Virus record (IMG/VR): IMGVR_UViG_3300030330_004929
Coordinates: 1 to 26,556 of that record
Reading direction: 5' to 3' (one strand)
DNA from: a virus
Lineage: Duplodnaviria > Caudoviricetes
DNA length: 26,556 bases
Under the pieces are notes generated by a model. The model did no database searches. It saw nothing but the letters and a program-made list of their open reading frames with translations, and was not told the origin of the DNA. Below are positions 24,519-26,556 of this stretch, in pieces. Position numbers and translations under genes: made by a program. Every line of letters begins with the position of its first letter. Position 1 is the first letter of the stretch.

Positions 24519-25405
24519 TCCTCATCAGCTAACTTCTGAAAGAAGTCTAAGTTATCATCATCATCCGCTTTAGGTGGAGGAGATGATTTACCAGCACTTG
24601 GTGCTGGAGCTGTTTCTAATTGAGTTTGTTCAGCTGTAGAAGAAGGCTGGCTGCCCCCGGATAAAGCTAACACCTTATCTAGCTTTTGTTTAAGTTCGTC
24701 ATACGTCTTAAACTTAGATGGATCAATAAATTCATTTAATTTATATTCACTATTCCATATACCTTCCATTTTACTATCATCATCAAGTAATGGACCTGGT
24801 TCACCAAACTCACTCTTGTCATAGTTTCTATAACCATCAAGATTACGAATCTTTAACATAAAGTTAGCACCTTCCCATAAATCAAATGGGTTCAAAGGTT
24901 TCTCATCTTCAAACTGAGGATTCATAGCTTCATTAAGTTTATCAAAGATCTTTTTACCAAATCTATATAACTTAACTTGACCTTCATTTTCAGGATGTAG
25001 TTGATCCTTAACAATATAAACATTAGCAATATAAAGTAATCTTCTCTTTTGTTTACGAGCTTGTTCTTTACCAGCATCATCACCTCTATTCCATAATGTA
25101 CTATTATATTCAGATACAGGATCCTTTTTATTTAATGTTGTTAAAGAGTTCTCAATATACCATCCACCTGGACCTTGAAATCCATGATTGAATAATCTAA
25201 CCCAAGGAATATCTTCTCCTTGTGGTGCTGGTAAGAATCTTACAATAGCATAACCGTTTCCAGCTTTGTCAACTTCTGGTTGCCAAAACCTTGTATCAGC
25301 TCCGCCTTTATTACCTTCGTTATTTGTTAATTTATTTGTCTCTTGCAGAAGTGCATCAAGACTTGTTTTACCTGAGCGCTTAAGCTCAGCAAATGATTGT
25401 GACAT
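24515..25405 (-). CDS. gp32: Single-stranded DNA-binding protein gp32
   Basis: DTRFWQPEVDKAGNGYAIVRFLPAP, HGFQGPGGWYIENSLTT, YRFGKKIFDK, NPFDLWEGANF.LKI....GYRNYDKSEF and acidic tail DDDDNLDFFQKLADED. AAGGAG RBS. Confidence 0.97.
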   Translation of the reverse strand: MSQSFAELKRSGKTSLDALLQETNKLTNNEGNKGGADTRFWQPEVDKAGNGYAIVRFLPAPQGEDIPWVRLFNHGFQGPGGWYIENSLTTLNKKDPVSEYNSTLWNRGDDAGKEQARKQKRRLLYIANVYIVKDQLHPENEGQVKLYRFGKKIFDKLNEAMNPQFEDEKPLNPFDLWEGANFMLKIRNLDGYRNYDKSEFGEPGPLLDDDSKMEGIWNSEYKLNEFIDPSKFKTYDELKQKLDKVLALSGGSQPSSTAEQTQLETAPAPSAGKSSPPPKADDDDNLDFFQKLADED

Positions 25406-25465
25406 TGTATCTCCTTGTATTGCAATGTATTATTATTGTCCACAAAATGCATAATATAAAAACTT

Positions 25466-25494
25466 AGTATATCTTATTTAGCTGTTTCAGTCAA
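25466..25494 (-). promoter_or_regulatory. Sigma70-type promoter for gp32 (TTGACT-17-TATACT), with a nested late-like CTAAATA
   Basis: -35 at 25494-25489 and -10 at 25471-25466, exact 17-nt spacer, 60 nt upstream of the gp32 ATG. Confidence 0.75.
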
Positions 25495-25611
25495 CAGTCT
25501 TTTATTTTCATTTACAGCAGTTTGAAGCTCGTTAATAATCCTTTTCTGTTTCTTAACTAAAGCTCTTAACTCCTGCAACTCGCCCACATAGGCTTCAACT
25601 TCATTATTCAT
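25474..25611 (-). CDS. Small coiled-coil protein (45 aa; not in the supplied ORF track)
   Basis: MNNEVEAYVGELQELRALVKKQKRIINELQTAVNENKRLLTETAK*. Strong GAGGTG RBS. Heptad Leu/Ile pattern. Confidence 0.7.
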   Translation of the reverse strand: MNNEVEAYVGELQELRALVKKQKRIINELQTAVNENKRLLTETAK

Positions 25612-25626
25612 TTTTCACCTCGTTTT

Positions 25627-25634
25627 TATTTATT
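25627..25634 (-). promoter_or_regulatory. Late promoter AATAAATA
   Basis: NATAAATA overlapping the permease stop, just upstream of the GAGGTG RBS of the 45-aa ORF. Confidence 0.5.
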
Positions 25635-26556
25635 TAGTATCCATTAGGAACTATTACATAATGTATAGCTAAAACTATTCCTACTGATACACCTAAACCA
25701 ATCATCATTTTAAAAAAGTCTTTTGCAATAAAAGGAAACACTCCTTTAAATTTTGTTCTAGCTGTAAATGTTGCAATAGCTAATTCTCTTCCTGTTAATA
25801 ATCCAACAAACACCCAAGTAGTTGACATTGGTATATCGTTTAGTTCTTTAAAGAAAAATAATACTAACCAATAAACTAAGTCAATTAAACAAGCACTTCT
25901 TACATACTTTGTATGATGTTTTTCTAATACTATCTTTTGGATCCTACCACCACGTTCTTTAAACATATATGCTAAACCACATACAAAGATTAAAGATATA
26001 ATCATCATCCAATCAAATGGAACTTGTCTTGGTAAGAACACAGCTATGTTTGCCATATCATGACTCAACCAAGTCATCCATAAGAACCCTGTAGTAAACC
26101 ATTGAGCTACTCGCCAATATTTCTTATGATGTTCTTCTGGGTGTTTAGATTCATCTAATATTTTTGTTATACCAAACCAAATACAATATGCAGCCATTCC
26201 AGCTAATGCATATCCCATCATAGATTTCATTAACATTTTTTCTAAAACAAATGTACTTGCAAAGGCTGATAGTACTAAGAATGATGTACTAACAGGAACA
26301 CCTATCCGTGTTAATAATATTAGTATAGCTGGTGCCATAGCATGATACCATTGTATATCTACATAAGGTATTTTATTTAATCTTCCATATGATATATCAC
26401 CATAGTTAGTTACCCAACCATACCACAATGTCCATAATAGAACACCTGATGCAGCTAACCATAATGTCTTCCAATGAAATCTTTCATTATTAGATGCAAT
26501 AAATGTACCTAATGTTTGTACTGAATCGTTTGCAATAACTGAATAAGCAGCAAATA
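25634..26556 (-). CDS. Polytopic membrane protein, PiT/PHO4-like phosphate (or sulfate) permease; 5'-truncated by the window end
   Basis: The frame stays open beyond the track's start to the window edge (FAAYSVIANDSVQTLGTFIASN...). Two PiT-like signature pairs: ANDSVQTLGT...PVSTS and SHDMANIA...PMSTTWVFVGLL. Many TM segments. Confidence 0.65.
   Translation of the reverse strand, partial: FAAYSVIANDSVQTLGTFIASNNERFHWKTLWLAASGVLLWTLWYGWVTNYGDISYGRLNKIPYVDIQWYHAMAPAILILLTRIGVPVSTSFLVLSAFASTFVLEKMLMKSMMGYALAGMAAYCIWFGITKILDESKHPEEHHKKYWRVAQWFTTGFLWMTWLSHDMANIAVFLPRQVPFDWMMIISLIFVCGLAYMFKERGGRIQKIVLEKHHTKYVRSACLIDLVYWLVLFFFKELNDIPMSTTWVFVGLLTGRELAIATFTARTKFKGVFPFIAKDFFKMMIGLGVSVGIVLAIHYVIVPNGY

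Noticed and set aside
577-25454. Many short antisense or alternate-frame ORFs in the track (e.g. 577-768, 6607-7059, 9206-9523, 14393-14785, 19666-20109, 23309-23836, 24020-24337)
   Set aside because: They lie within or largely overlap well-supported phage genes and have no recognisable motifs. They are best explained as shadows of codon bias.
1-26556. CRISPR arrays, tRNAs, introns/inteins, DGR repeats, stop-codon reassignment
   Set aside because: Intergenic gaps are tiny. By eye I found no repeat arrays, cloverleafs, intein motifs or long near-identical repeat pairs. Genes are full-length in the standard code.

Overview
An AT-rich, gene-dense segment of a T4-like myovirus whose gene order resembles marine (cyanophage/pelagiphage-type) T4 relatives. 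It carries the baseplate/tail-initiation module. A long minus-strand run reads gp48, gp53, hub (gp27-like), gp5, two small ORFs, PAAR, a lipoprotein, an Hc1-like protein, gp25, gp6, gp7, gp9-like, gp8 and a 2142-aa VrlC/DUF4815-like protein. A divergent plus-strand run reads gp4, gp2, gp54-like, gp26, short gp51, a 2-TM protein and a tape measure. It converges on gp32 (SSB), a 45-aa ORF and a 5'-truncated PiT-like permease. Main observations: (1) the gp26/gp51 junction has a U-UUU-UUA slippery heptamer that fuses the two ORFs in the -1 frame just upstream of the tape measure, i.e. a lambda G/GT-type chaperone frameshift in a T4-like phage; (2) a gp9-like virion protein ends in a cupredoxin-like domain with a full candidate type-1 copper ligand set; (3) gp5 lacks lysozyme but has a ~414-aa 'evolved VgrG'-like C-terminal extension; (4) a lipoprotein plus an unannotated histone-H1-like (Hc1) gene form a cassette with its own late promoter; (5) a PiT-like phosphate permease may be an auxiliary gene. 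All family assignments come from motif recognition and synteny, not database searches.
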